This document shows positions 10,196-19,257 of a stretch of 64,000 nucleotides of DNA, in pieces. Positions within the stretch are counted from its first letter, which is position 1, and every line of letters begins with the position of its first letter. Below the pieces are notes generated by a model. The model saw only the letters and a list, made by a program, of their open reading frames with translations. It made no database searches and was not told the origin of the DNA. Location: the NCBI GenBank assembly GCA_021324655.1, contig JAJPIP010000035.1:86121-150120 (forward strand), given 5' to 3'. This DNA comes from Pseudomonadota bacterium (GTDB lineage: Bacteria; Chloroflexota; UBA5177). The position numbers were made by a program, and so were the translations under genes.

Positions 10196-11113
10196 ATGAC
10201 CGACACACTGCCTGATGTGGCGATCCCTCATCTCCGTGACTATATCGAGGAACAGCGCCGGGGGAAGGGTGAAGAGGACGCGCCGCCCTATGCTCACCCC
10301 GTCGATCAGTGGATCTTGCGTACCCTCAACAGCTTACCGGTGCGCACCGTCCTCGACCGCGCCATCGACGCCTACATCAGTACCCAGATGGGCACTGAGC
10401 TCGCCTCCGGCATCCCGATCGACGGCAAATCCTTTCCCGACCTCTACCAGGTGCTGACCAAGTGCACCGAGACGCTCAACATCCCCATTCCGCACGTCTA
10501 TGCCATGAACAGTCCTTACCTGTTCAACGCGTTCACTGCCGGCACCGACGAGTACGCCTTTATCGGCATCACGGCCGGCCTCACCGAGTTTTTCGACCCG
10601 GGCGAAGCATGCTTTGTCATCGGCCACGAGTGCGGGCATATCGCCGCGCGGCACATGAAATACCACACCCTGGTCATGATCCTGGCGGGGACCCTGCCGC
10701 GGTTCCTCGGGCCGCTGGGCGCGCTCCTGAGCCGGACCGCGGAGGTGCCCCTGATGGCCTGGGAGCGACGCTCCGAGATCACCGCCGACCGTGCCGGCCT
10801 CCTTTGCTGTGGCGATCTGAAAACGGCGGAGCGCGCCCTGGTCCGCCTGGTCGCGGGATTCGCCGATGTCGACCGCGTCGATATCGATGACTATCTCGAG
10901 CGCGCCAAGGATCTCGAGTCGTATCACGGCCTCTCCGGCTGGCAGCAGCTCTTTCAGACGCACCCGCTCATCCCCAAGCGCATCGAGGCGATCCGCCTCT
11001 TTGCCCGCTCTGAGCTGTACTACGAGATCACGGGCCAGCCGCGTCCCACCGGGCTGGAACTCCTGACGCGCCCGGAGCTCGACAGGCGCATCAACGACAT
11101 TGTGAAGCCGTGA
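10196..11113 (+). CDS. M48-family zinc metallopeptidase (HtpX/Ste24-like, soluble form)
   Basis: HExxH motif (VIGHECGHIAARH) with the downstream glutamate ligand (EITADRAG). No obvious TM helices. RBS GAAGGGG before the ATG at 10196. The stop overlaps the GTG start of the next gene (GTGA). Confidence 0.75.
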   Translation: MTDTLPDVAIPHLRDYIEEQRRGKGEEDAPPYAHPVDQWILRTLNSLPVRTVLDRAIDAYISTQMGTELASGIPIDGKSFPDLYQVLTKCTETLNIPIPHVYAMNSPYLFNAFTAGTDEYAFIGITAGLTEFFDPGEACFVIGHECGHIAARHMKYHTLVMILAGTLPRFLGPLGALLSRTAEVPLMAWERRSEITADRAGLLCCGDLKTAERALVRLVAGFADVDRVDIDDYLERAKDLESYHGLSGWQQLFQTHPLIPKRIEAIRLFARSELYYEITGQPRPTGLELLTRPELDRRINDIVKP

Positions 11114-12837
11114 CGGACCAACCGCTCCCGGACATCGTCGAGCAGATCGCGGCGGTTGCAGCCGATCTGGACGACGAGCGGCTCGCCGGGTCGCTGGCCG
11201 TGCTGTCCGAGCAGCGGGCACGAGCCCAGGTGCAGATCCTCATCGCGGGGACGGCCGGGTCGGGACGCGCCGCCCTCGTCAACAGCCTGCTGGGCACCGA
11301 TCTCCTCCCCTCCTCGCCTATTCCCAAGGCGCCGGTTGGCCTGCAACTGCGCTACCACCCGGCGCTCACGGTCCAGCTGGTGGCTGCCGATGGCCGCCGG
11401 GCCATCCCGACAGCGGAGCTGCGAACCGCACTCGTCGATCCGCGCCTCCCTCAGCGCTACCAGTACGTCGAAATCGGCATGCCCGCCGAGATTCTTACCA
11501 TGGTCGACGTGCGGATCGAAGATCTACAGTCGTCCTATGCGCCCGAGGACTGGTCACATCTCGTGGCACGCAGCGACTTCGTCATCGTCGTCCTCAACGC
11601 CGGCGCCCTGCTCTCCCAGACGGAGCGTGACTTCTTGCGGGATCAGCTGGGGCCACGCGGGCTCCATCGTGCCGCCCTCGTCATCAATCAGATCGATCAA
11701 GTGCCGGAGGACGAGCGGGAGAGCATTCGTGCCGCGGTCCGCGCTTTCCTCGGACCCTTTGAGAGCCGGCCCGTCAGCATCGAAGCCGTCGCTCCCCAGC
11801 TTGCAACGGATACTCGTCACCCCCTGCGGATCCTCTTTGCCGACCTCGCCGCGAGCTCGCTCCGGCTGCGTGAGTCGGCCGTCCGAGACGCTGCAGCCGC
11901 CGCTCTGGACGAGATCGAGGCAGTCGCTGCCGGCTCGCTGGCTCTGGCGTCATTGGAGGTGGAGCAGGTGGAGCGGGCGCGCGCGGCCCTGGCGGAGCGA
12001 CAGGAATGGCTGCGAGGGCGGATCGAACGGGTGCAGCGGCGCGTTGACGCTCTCATCGGCACGGTTGTGCGGGAGCAGATGCACGAGGCGATTCGTGGGA
12101 GCGGTGAGGTCATCCGCCGTCTGCTACCGGAGGAAATCGCCGCCGTGGACGATCTGCAAGACGTGCGTCGCTATCTCCCCGGCTACCTCCAGAGTCTGTG
12201 GGAAGAGATCCTGGAGCGGCGCATGACGGCGATCAGGGCCTCCCTCGAGGACGAGGCGGGGCGCATCGAAGAGCTGATCGAAAGCGATCTGCGGGAGCTG
12301 GTGGAGGCCGTGGAGGGATCGCTTGGCGCGACCGCCGGCGCGTTCGGCGGACAGAACACCGCCCGCGTCTTCGTTATGCCCCGCCGCAGTCAAAGCCACG
12401 CGGAGAGTGTCGCGCGCGGCCTCAGCCTGCACGGCTTCGTCTGGCTCATCATTGCCACTTTTTTCCCCGTCAGCTTCATTCCCGGCCTCCTCACCCTCGG
12501 CGGCAGCCACCTCATCCGCCACTTCTATGCGCGAGACATCGAGGACGCCAACCGCAAGGCCCTCACCGAGGCCGCCCTGGCGGCGACACGCGACCTGGAG
12601 CGTGACATCCACACCGAGGTCGACCGGCAGTTCGGGGATCTCGCGGCCGACATGCACCGCGCCGTGGCGGACCGATATCAGGACGCGGTGCGTCGCCTGG
12701 AAGCGATGCTCGGTCAGGGGACGGCGGACCGCGCAGCGATGGAAGAGCGGCGGGAGAGGCTGACCCGACTCGTTGCAGAGACCATCCCTGCTCTGCGGCA
12801 GGAGATGGAAAGAGGGGAAAAGGCCGGAGCGGTATGA
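11110..12837 (+). CDS. Bacterial dynamin-like protein with degenerate GTPase motifs (DLP-1)
   Basis: 575 aa. DLP architecture: GTPase-like N-domain, long helical stalk, hydrophobic paddle near aa 430-460 (FVWLIIATFFPVSFIPGLLTLGG). G1 is GTAGSGRA (K to R, S/T to A) and there is no DxxG G3 motif. G4-like NQID is present. GTG start overlaps the M48 stop. Confidence 0.7.
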   Translation: MTDQPLPDIVEQIAAVAADLDDERLAGSLAVLSEQRARAQVQILIAGTAGSGRAALVNSLLGTDLLPSSPIPKAPVGLQLRYHPALTVQLVAADGRRAIPTAELRTALVDPRLPQRYQYVEIGMPAEILTMVDVRIEDLQSSYAPEDWSHLVARSDFVIVVLNAGALLSQTERDFLRDQLGPRGLHRAALVINQIDQVPEDERESIRAAVRAFLGPFESRPVSIEAVAPQLATDTRHPLRILFADLAASSLRLRESAVRDAAAAALDEIEAVAAGSLALASLEVEQVERARAALAERQEWLRGRIERVQRRVDALIGTVVREQMHEAIRGSGEVIRRLLPEEIAAVDDLQDVRRYLPGYLQSLWEEILERRMTAIRASLEDEAGRIEELIESDLRELVEAVEGSLGATAGAFGGQNTARVFVMPRRSQSHAESVARGLSLHGFVWLIIATFFPVSFIPGLLTLGGSHLIRHFYARDIEDANRKALTEAALAATRDLERDIHTEVDRQFGDLAADMHRAVADRYQDAVRRLEAMLGQGTADRAAMEERRERLTRLVAETIPALRQEMERGEKAGAV

Positions 12838-14873
12838 CGGAGGGATATGCCGGCGTCCGGCGCCGGACAGAAGAGATCGAGCGGATCCTGGAAAGCATGG
12901 CCGGCTTGATCGGGTCCGGCGAGGGCACTGCCCTCGGGACGCTAGGCCTGGCGGGGGACGCGGCGCACCTGCGTGCACGCGCCCGAGATCTGGAGCGCGG
13001 GCTCTTCACCATTGTCGTCGTCGGGGAGTTCAAAAGCGGGAAGAGCACGCTGCTAAACAGCATGCTGGGCAAGGGGACGCTGCCGGCGAAGGCGACCCCC
13101 TGCACCGCCATCATCACGGTGCTTGTCCACGGCACGAACGACCGCGTCGCCGTGTACGAGGTCGACCGGGAGGAGCCACGCTTTCTCGACTGGGAACAGT
13201 TCGTTCGCGAGTTCCAGCTCTCGCTGCAGGATCAGGAGACGCTGCAGGAAGGGCGGGCCCTTGACCGCTTCGCACGTGTCCAGTACGCCGAGATCGAAAG
13301 CACGCATCGCCTCTGCGACGATGGCGTGCGGCTGGTCGATTCGCCCGGCCTCGGCGAGCATCTCAGCCGCACGCGCGTGACGACCGGCTATCTCCGCCAG
13401 GCCCAGGCGGTGATCGTCGTCCTCAACGCCACCCGGATCCTGGGGCAGGCGGAGCGCGAATTCATCGAGAACGAGCTGGGACGAGGACGGCTCGAGAACG
13501 TCTTCTTCGTCGTCAACCGGATGGATCAGATCAATCTCGCCGACGCCGCCGGCATTCGGCACTGGGTCGAATCCAACCTGGCGTCGCATTTCATGGACGA
13601 TGACGGCCGGTTCGATCGTGACCTGTACGAGCGGCGGGTCTTTTTTGTCTCCGCCCGTCAGGCTCTGACGGCGCGGACCGATGCGGTCGATCAAGACCTG
13701 CTGGCGGCATCCGGCGTACCGGCCCTCGAAGAGGCACTCGAACGTTTTCTCACGAGCGGCGACAGGGCGACGGCGATGCTCCGCTCGGCCGTCGCGGTCG
13801 TCGAGCCGGTTCTGGCCCGGGCGGAGCATCATATTGAGCAGCGCAGGGCGGCCCTCGACCGCCCGATTGCAGAACTCGAGCAACGGCGGGGGGAGGCGGA
13901 GAGCCGGCTGGAAGGGCTGCAGCGACGCAAGACGGAGATCGAGCGCACCGTCTTCCTCTTCGGTGAGGTCGTGCAGCGCAAGATCTACAGTGACCTCCGT
14001 GCCTTCATCGAGGGAATGCGCGAGGCCTGGGACGAGGATTCGCGCCGGCTCATGGATCTGGACGACGCCGTCTCTTTCAAGAACTTGCTGGCCTCCTATA
14101 CACAAGCCGGGGCGAAGGAGCGGATGGCAGCGGCGATCGGCGAGCAAGTCCAGCACTACCTTCAGGCGAAGTTCGGGTGGTGGGTCGAGCGGGTGCCGGC
14201 GGTGGTAGAGGGCGACCTGCGCCTGATGATGGCGGAGGTCGAGGCACAGATCGAAGAGTTCGAATTGGCACTCGACGAGATAGCGGCGGCCTTCTCCGGG
14301 GCCGCGCCGCGCCGGCGCACGCCCACCGATCCCTCTGCCAATCTGGCCGACCTCGCCCTCACCATGCAAGATATCCACGGCATCACCGAGGGCATGCTGT
14401 TCCCCTCTGACTGGGCCGACGTGATCGGCACCATGGCCCAGCAGGCAATCGCTGTCTTCCTGGTCGGCACCTTCCTCACCGGCGGCAATTTCCTGATCGC
14501 GATTCTCGCTGTCGAGGCGTTCCATTTCGGCATGCACGAGCACGAGGCCAAGAAAAAGGTGCGCCAGGAACTGGGCGAGCGGCTGCAGCAGGGACTGCGC
14601 GATCAGGTCGAGGAGAAGCGTCCCTTTATTGAGGAGTTGATCGGACAGCGCTTCCGTGCTCTGGCCCTGGCGGTGACCGAAGCGATACAGCGCCAGATCG
14701 AGGAGGTCCGCGCCGAGCAAGAGCGCATCCTCCGGCAGAAACGTGATGAAAACTTCTCAGTCGGCGTGGAGCACAAGCGTCTCTGCACCATCGAGGACCG
14801 ACTGCACACGCTGAACGACGAGCTGTGCACCGCCGTCCAGGCGCCGCCGTCAGAGCATCGAGCCAGGTGGTGA
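12834..14873 (+). CDS. Bacterial dynamin-like GTPase (DLP-2, canonical motifs)
   Basis: 679 aa. G1 GEFKSGKST, G3 DSPGLGE, G4 VVNRMDQ. Helical stalk and paddle hairpin (AIAVFLVGTFLTGGNFLIAILAVEAF). ATGA overlap with DLP-1. Confidence 0.85.
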   Translation: MTEGYAGVRRRTEEIERILESMAGLIGSGEGTALGTLGLAGDAAHLRARARDLERGLFTIVVVGEFKSGKSTLLNSMLGKGTLPAKATPCTAIITVLVHGTNDRVAVYEVDREEPRFLDWEQFVREFQLSLQDQETLQEGRALDRFARVQYAEIESTHRLCDDGVRLVDSPGLGEHLSRTRVTTGYLRQAQAVIVVLNATRILGQAEREFIENELGRGRLENVFFVVNRMDQINLADAAGIRHWVESNLASHFMDDDGRFDRDLYERRVFFVSARQALTARTDAVDQDLLAASGVPALEEALERFLTSGDRATAMLRSAVAVVEPVLARAEHHIEQRRAALDRPIAELEQRRGEAESRLEGLQRRKTEIERTVFLFGEVVQRKIYSDLRAFIEGMREAWDEDSRRLMDLDDAVSFKNLLASYTQAGAKERMAAAIGEQVQHYLQAKFGWWVERVPAVVEGDLRLMMAEVEAQIEEFELALDEIAAAFSGAAPRRRTPTDPSANLADLALTMQDIHGITEGMLFPSDWADVIGTMAQQAIAVFLVGTFLTGGNFLIAILAVEAFHFGMHEHEAKKKVRQELGERLQQGLRDQVEEKRPFIEELIGQRFRALALAVTEAIQRQIEEVRAEQERILRQKRDENFSVGVEHKRLCTIEDRLHTLNDELCTAVQAPPSEHRARW

Positions 14874-14976
14874 CGGTGAACAAACGGCGCTCGGACACGG
14901 GGAAATATCCTGTCCTTCCGGAGTCCGCCACAGGCGGCTGGTCCGAGGCAAGCGCGATGGGTTGCAGCGTGCGTGC

Positions 14977-16422
14977 TCACGCATGCTCGACCTCGCGCAT
15001 CACGTCGTCTACGCGGCGCGTCAAATCGTCAGTCCACTCCTCGATCGCGCTCATGTCATGCATCCTTTGCCGAAGTTCATCGAGACGTGGCTGCCGGCGT
15101 GTCCAGCCGGCATAGTAGGCGTCGGCCTCCTGCAGGAGCGCATCCAACCGGTCAAAGTACTGCGCTGTCTCGAGATGCAGAGCATCCAGTAGGCGGCGTC
15201 CGGTGGCCTCCACGCGCCGCAGGAGGTCGGCTTCCACGTCCGTCTGGAAGACGTTGCGGGCGACCCAGCGGCCGAGCGTCGCGCCTCCCTCCGCCACTCG
15301 CTCATCCCCGAGAGCCTGCCCCACCATCTGACCGAGGGTCGAGCCGGTGTGGGCCGCCGGATGGGTGACGGCAATCTGGTCCGGGCGAATGATCCAGGTG
15401 GTGAGGTCGAAGGGAGGCAAAGTCACCGGCAGATCGGCCGCCATGTCGCGGACATCGTCGCTGACGGCCGCGCCGTATCGTTTGACCAGAACACCCCACG
15501 GAACCGCACCTCCTCCGGCGCGCAGTATCCGGTGCGCCTCCTCACGCGCGCTCGCCAGGAACGCATCGTCATGCGTCCGGAGGTCTGACGCCGGCCCACG
15601 TAGCCGCGTTCGTCCCGTTGCCAGTTGGGAACGCATCTGTGCGCGGTACTCCTCGATCCGTCCCGCCTCCTCCGCTTCCGCCTGAGCCACCTGGCGCCGC
15701 TCCTGCGTGATCTCACCTGCCAGCGCTTGCCGGGAGAGGGAGAGAGCGGAGTGGAGGCAGGCGAGCCGTGACAGAAGGGGGAGGCGATCGCTGCCGAGGA
15801 GTCCAAGCAGCCACGGCACGAACCAGCCCAGGTCCCCGTGGTCGGGCGCCGCCGACACGGCGAAAAGCCGGGGGCGCCCCACCAGCTCATTCCCCATCCC
15901 CTCCAGCGCCGCTCGCGCCCAGGTGAGGACCTCGTCGCGTTCACCCTCATCAATCATGTCTATCCGGTTGACCACGAAGATGAGATTGCCCCGCAGCATC
16001 TCATTCACCTGCCGTGCCATCTCGCGCTCCGCTCCCGAGAGGATCTGATCGGCACTCAACACCATGACCGCCAGGTCGGCACGGCCAATCTCCGCCAGGA
16101 CGCGTTCCGTGGCGGCCGGATCCTGAAAGAGCCCGGGCGTGTCGACGGCGATCCAGCCGGACCTTGGATCAAGCGGAACCGTCTCGACGGCAGGCGAAAA
16201 CCCCACGGCGCGCTCCGGCAGAACCGACGTGCCGATCAGCCGATTGATCAGAGATGACTTCCCGGTCTTGAAGTTTCCGAAGACCACCAGGCGCCGTTCG
16301 CGGCGATCAAGATTTTCCAGTTGATCGAGGACATCGCGCAGCGCCGCTCGATCCGCCATCCCGGCCGGCGGCTCCGGTTCGCGTAGGGCACGGGCACGAG
16401 ACCACATATCAGTGAGCGGCAT
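14977..16422 (-). CDS. Bacterial dynamin-like GTPase (DLP-3)
   Basis: G1 GNFKTGKSS, G3 VDTPGLF, G4 VVNRIDM. Start set at the internal ATG (MPLTDMW, 482 aa). Convergent with DLP-2. Confidence 0.8.
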   Translation of the reverse strand: MPLTDMWSRARALREPEPPAGMADRAALRDVLDQLENLDRRERRLVVFGNFKTGKSSLINRLIGTSVLPERAVGFSPAVETVPLDPRSGWIAVDTPGLFQDPAATERVLAEIGRADLAVMVLSADQILSGAEREMARQVNEMLRGNLIFVVNRIDMIDEGERDEVLTWARAALEGMGNELVGRPRLFAVSAAPDHGDLGWFVPWLLGLLGSDRLPLLSRLACLHSALSLSRQALAGEITQERRQVAQAEAEEAGRIEEYRAQMRSQLATGRTRLRGPASDLRTHDDAFLASAREEAHRILRAGGGAVPWGVLVKRYGAAVSDDVRDMAADLPVTLPPFDLTTWIIRPDQIAVTHPAAHTGSTLGQMVGQALGDERVAEGGATLGRWVARNVFQTDVEADLLRRVEATGRRLLDALHLETAQYFDRLDALLQEADAYYAGWTRRQPRLDELRQRMHDMSAIEEWTDDLTRRVDDVMREVEHA

Positions 16423-16507
16423 GAGAAGCGTCGACCGCTGTTTCCCCGAAAATATAGACTTCGGGGGTGCTGTCGAACATTCTTGACGGACGCTCCCGAT
16501 CCCAGCC

Positions 16508-17071
16508 GTGAGGCTCGTCCTTACCTGGCGATCGCCTCCCTCCGCATCATGCGCTAGGTGGAGTTCAACGCCCGAGACCTCCTCGGCGGAGGGACCGGCC
16601 AACGCCACGGTGGATCACTACGAGGCTGCCGTCGTCGGCCGGCCCGGAGACTCATCCTGGTACGCCTTCGATCGTGCCCGATATCGTCTCCTCCGGTACG
16701 ACATATTTCCGCGGCGGCTCATCCGGTATGCGCTCTGTCCTCCCGACACGCTGAGAGAGGGCGCGACGATCGTGCAAAGGATTGTGCTGGGACCGGTAAG
16801 TGTGGAGATGGCGGTCCGCGTCATCGACGTCTGGGATCGGGAGGAAGGGAACGTCCGTGAGGTAGGTTTCACGTATGCAACCCTTGTCGGTCATGCGGAG
16901 TGTGGCGTCGCGACCTTCAGGGTCCGGCGGGATCAAGATCAGGGTGTGAGGATCCTGATCGATGTGCGATCTCGGCCCGGCACTCGCCTGACCCATCTGG
17001 CACGCCCCGTGAGTCGGCTATTTCAGCGGGCTATCACACGTGCTGCGCTACGTCGCCTGGCTCGCTCCTGA
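16508..17071 (+). CDS. DUF1990-like protein
   Basis: GFTYATLVGHAECGVATFRV resembles the conserved DUF1990 core (GFAYGTLPGHPE-G-E). Start uncertain. Confidence 0.45.
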   Translation: MRLVLTWRSPPSASCARWSSTPETSSAEGPANATVDHYEAAVVGRPGDSSWYAFDRARYRLLRYDIFPRRLIRYALCPPDTLREGATIVQRIVLGPVSVEMAVRVIDVWDREEGNVREVGFTYATLVGHAECGVATFRVRRDQDQGVRILIDVRSRPGTRLTHLARPVSRLFQRAITRAALRRLARS

Positions 17072-17160
17072 GGGCCCCTGACCCTCTTTCTCGGGCGCCC
17101 TTCACTCGGGGAGTACGAGCGGAGCGAACGCACGACGCTCGTCGGGCTTGCAGCGGTCCC

Positions 17161-18525
17161 TTAGTCGCCGGGACGCAATTCCGCCGTGCTTCCGGATCCG
17201 AGCGTGCCCTCGTCACTTGAGTCGCGTAGTCCATGGACGATCGGAATGAGGTGTTTGTGACCCGGAGTATAGCGAAAGAGTGCGTGGCCAGAGTACACGA
17301 TGACCGCGCGGTCGTGGTCAACCCAGCCAAGCAAGGCGGGATAGGGATCAGCCATCCGGATGCCCTTCGACAGGTGACCTGATTTGAGGGTATAGAGGTA
17401 CAGAGACGGTTTCACGTCCTTGACCGGGGCGCCGCCGACATATGGCGTCAACATGACGAAGGCAGTGCTGGCGGAGTTCCACATCAACTCGTAACCCTGG
17501 TTCATGCAGGCGTCGCATTCCCCGGTGGGAGGCGAAGCGTACACCTTTCTGGATCTGTCGGTGTCCCTGTTCGTCAAAGTGAGGACGATTCGGCGTGAGG
17601 GGGTGAGAAACCTTGCTGTCACCCAGAGGCCGCTGGGAGACCAGGATTCTACCTGGTCGAGCCGTTCGAGACGAAGAGGCACAAGTTGGCGCCGAATGCC
17701 TCCGTGCGGGCCGATCAGCCAGCGATCATATGCATACCCGTGACGCAGAGCCAGCCATTCTTCGTCCGTGAGCCGGCCTTCCCGAATGTAGTGATCAAGA
17801 ACAGTCGGCTTACCTCCGGACGAGGAGATGATGTCCTCCTGCACAAAACATCCTGTGGCTCCGCATACCCACCAATGATTGAAACCGATGAAGAGATCAT
17901 CCGGAGACCAGGCTCCAGGAACACCTTTCCCGAGACGAGTGATGCGGCCGGATCGGATGTCCAGGATCTCGGCGACCGGATTGCCCTTCGTGTTAAACGT
18001 TGGCATCCCGGTTCCGGTGGCCACGGCGATCCGTGTGCTGTCGTAAGCCCAGGAACCGTACGGATAGTCGGGTGACAGCCCATGCAGTAGCAGACGCACG
18101 TGACGAGTGGCGCGGTCCCAGAGCCAGAGAGTAGCCGGGGCATCGATCTTGGCGTTCACTGAGAACGCGAAATAGCGACTGTTCGGCGACCAGCCAATCT
18201 CGTTGTAGCAGCACTGGGGCAATCGCTCCGCGAAGACAGTGTGACCCGTGTGCCCCTCCAAGACCGCCACGCCCATACCGCGTTTGCCATGGAAGGCAAT
18301 GGCATGGCCGTCAGGCGGCCAGGTGAGGTCGGAAATCGGCCATGGAGTGGTCAGGTGCCACGTTCTGTGCCCCTGCACCGAGCCGAGCCAGAGCTTGCCG
18401 TGAATAGTGTAGGCCAGATCGGGTAGTGAGGGCGGCGCGGCGAAATGACGGTTACCGCAGCCGGTCGCGGACATGCACAGTCCCAGGGCGGCCGCTGTCG
18501 TGATCGTGCGCAGTGTTGAGTACAT
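17161..18525 (-). CDS. Lipoprotein with TolB/PD40-like beta-propeller repeats
   Basis: Signal peptide with lipobox-like ...LCMSATGC. Repeated W/SPD motifs (WPPDGHAIAF, WSPNSRYFAF, AWSPDDLF, SWSPSGLW) typical of PD40/WD40-like propellers. Confidence 0.6.
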   Translation of the reverse strand: MYSTLRTITTAAALGLCMSATGCGNRHFAAPPSLPDLAYTIHGKLWLGSVQGHRTWHLTTPWPISDLTWPPDGHAIAFHGKRGMGVAVLEGHTGHTVFAERLPQCCYNEIGWSPNSRYFAFSVNAKIDAPATLWLWDRATRHVRLLLHGLSPDYPYGSWAYDSTRIAVATGTGMPTFNTKGNPVAEILDIRSGRITRLGKGVPGAWSPDDLFIGFNHWWVCGATGCFVQEDIISSSGGKPTVLDHYIREGRLTDEEWLALRHGYAYDRWLIGPHGGIRRQLVPLRLERLDQVESWSPSGLWVTARFLTPSRRIVLTLTNRDTDRSRKVYASPPTGECDACMNQGYELMWNSASTAFVMLTPYVGGAPVKDVKPSLYLYTLKSGHLSKGIRMADPYPALLGWVDHDRAVIVYSGHALFRYTPGHKHLIPIVHGLRDSSDEGTLGSGSTAELRPGD

Positions 18526-18678
18526 TTGTCGGCCGATTGGAGTCCAGTCTCCGCCATCGTGGAGTCAGTTGACGATCCGATGGACTTTGCGAGCATGTGA
18601 TGCGAGCAACCGATTGTGGCTTTCGCGGCATGTGCCTTGCACGCACGACAATAGGCCAAGCACGAAGGAGGATTAGAT

Positions 18679-18900
18679 ATGAAGAAGCTCTTTGGACCAG
18701 CCTGGTTGGGAGCCTGGCTTGCGGGCATCCTGCCGACGCCCCTCTTCAAGATTGGGAAGCAGACGCCGTGGTACCGCCGCAGTTGGCGGCAGCAGTCGCC
18801 GTGGATGGCGGCTGTCCTCGCCGTCCCGCTCGTCGTCTTCCTGGTGTGGAAGGGAATGGATCTGCTGCTGCCGAAAGTCCGTCAGCAGGAACAGGGGTAA
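18679..18900 (+). CDS. Small hypothetical membrane protein
   Basis: 73 aa. Strong AAGGAGG RBS 7 nt upstream. Two hydrophobic segments. Followed by a hairpin. Confidence 0.45.
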   Translation: MKKLFGPAWLGAWLAGILPTPLFKIGKQTPWYRRSWRQQSPWMAAVLAVPLVVFLVWKGMDLLLPKVRQQEQG

Positions 18901-18910
18901 CGATGAAGCT

Positions 18911-18930
18911 CGCCTCCTTCCGGGGAGGCG
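18911..18930. terminator. Putative bidirectional hairpin terminator
   Basis: Perfect 7-bp stem CGCCTCC / GGAGGCG with loop ttccgg, between the convergent small ORF (+) and the infA-like gene (-). Confidence 0.4.
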
Positions 18931-18936
18931 GGCCGA

Positions 18937-19158
18937 TTACTCTTTCAGGCGCTTCACGATGCGGCCGCGCGAGAGGTCGTAGGGAGAGAGTTCGATGACG
19001 ACGCGATCGCCCGGATTGAGCCGGACCGTCCGATTGGCGACCGGCCCTGCCACATGCCCGGTAATCCGCCGGCCATCGTCGAGGGCGACGGCAAACATGG
19101 CGTGTGGCAGCGCTTCGACGACCGTCCCCTCCAGTGCCGGCTCCCTGCGCCCCCGCAT
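18937..19158 (-). CDS. infA: Translation initiation factor IF-1 homolog (S1-like OB fold)
   Basis: 74 aa. EGTVVEALPHAMFAVALDDGRRITGHVAG...VRLNPGDRVVIELSPYDLSRGRIV aligns along IF-1 ([21 protein letters not shown]...[23 protein letters not shown]). RBS AAGGTGAGGTG. Not in a ribosomal-protein context. Confidence 0.7.
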   Translation of the reverse strand: MRGRREPALEGTVVEALPHAMFAVALDDGRRITGHVAGPVANRTVRLNPGDRVVIELSPYDLSRGRIVKRLKE

Positions 19159-19257
19159 CACCTCACCTTTCCGGCAGCATTGTACGCGTCCGCTGTGCGC
19201 CCCGTGAACGGGCCGTCGCGTGAGCGCGATTGGCTCGGCTACCGCTGGTCCGCCTGG

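Noticed and set aside
13053-14720. 555-aa ORF on the - strand
   Set aside because: It is antisense to the canonical dynamin-like GTPase (DLP-2), which has clear G1/G3/G4 motifs. It has low-complexity Arg/Leu/Gly composition.
19054-19257. N-terminal 68-codon extension of the GIY-YIG/SnoaL ORF
   Set aside because: It would overlap the divergent infA-like gene on the other strand. The internal ATG at 19258 leaves the expected ~18 residues before the GIY motif, as in UvrC.
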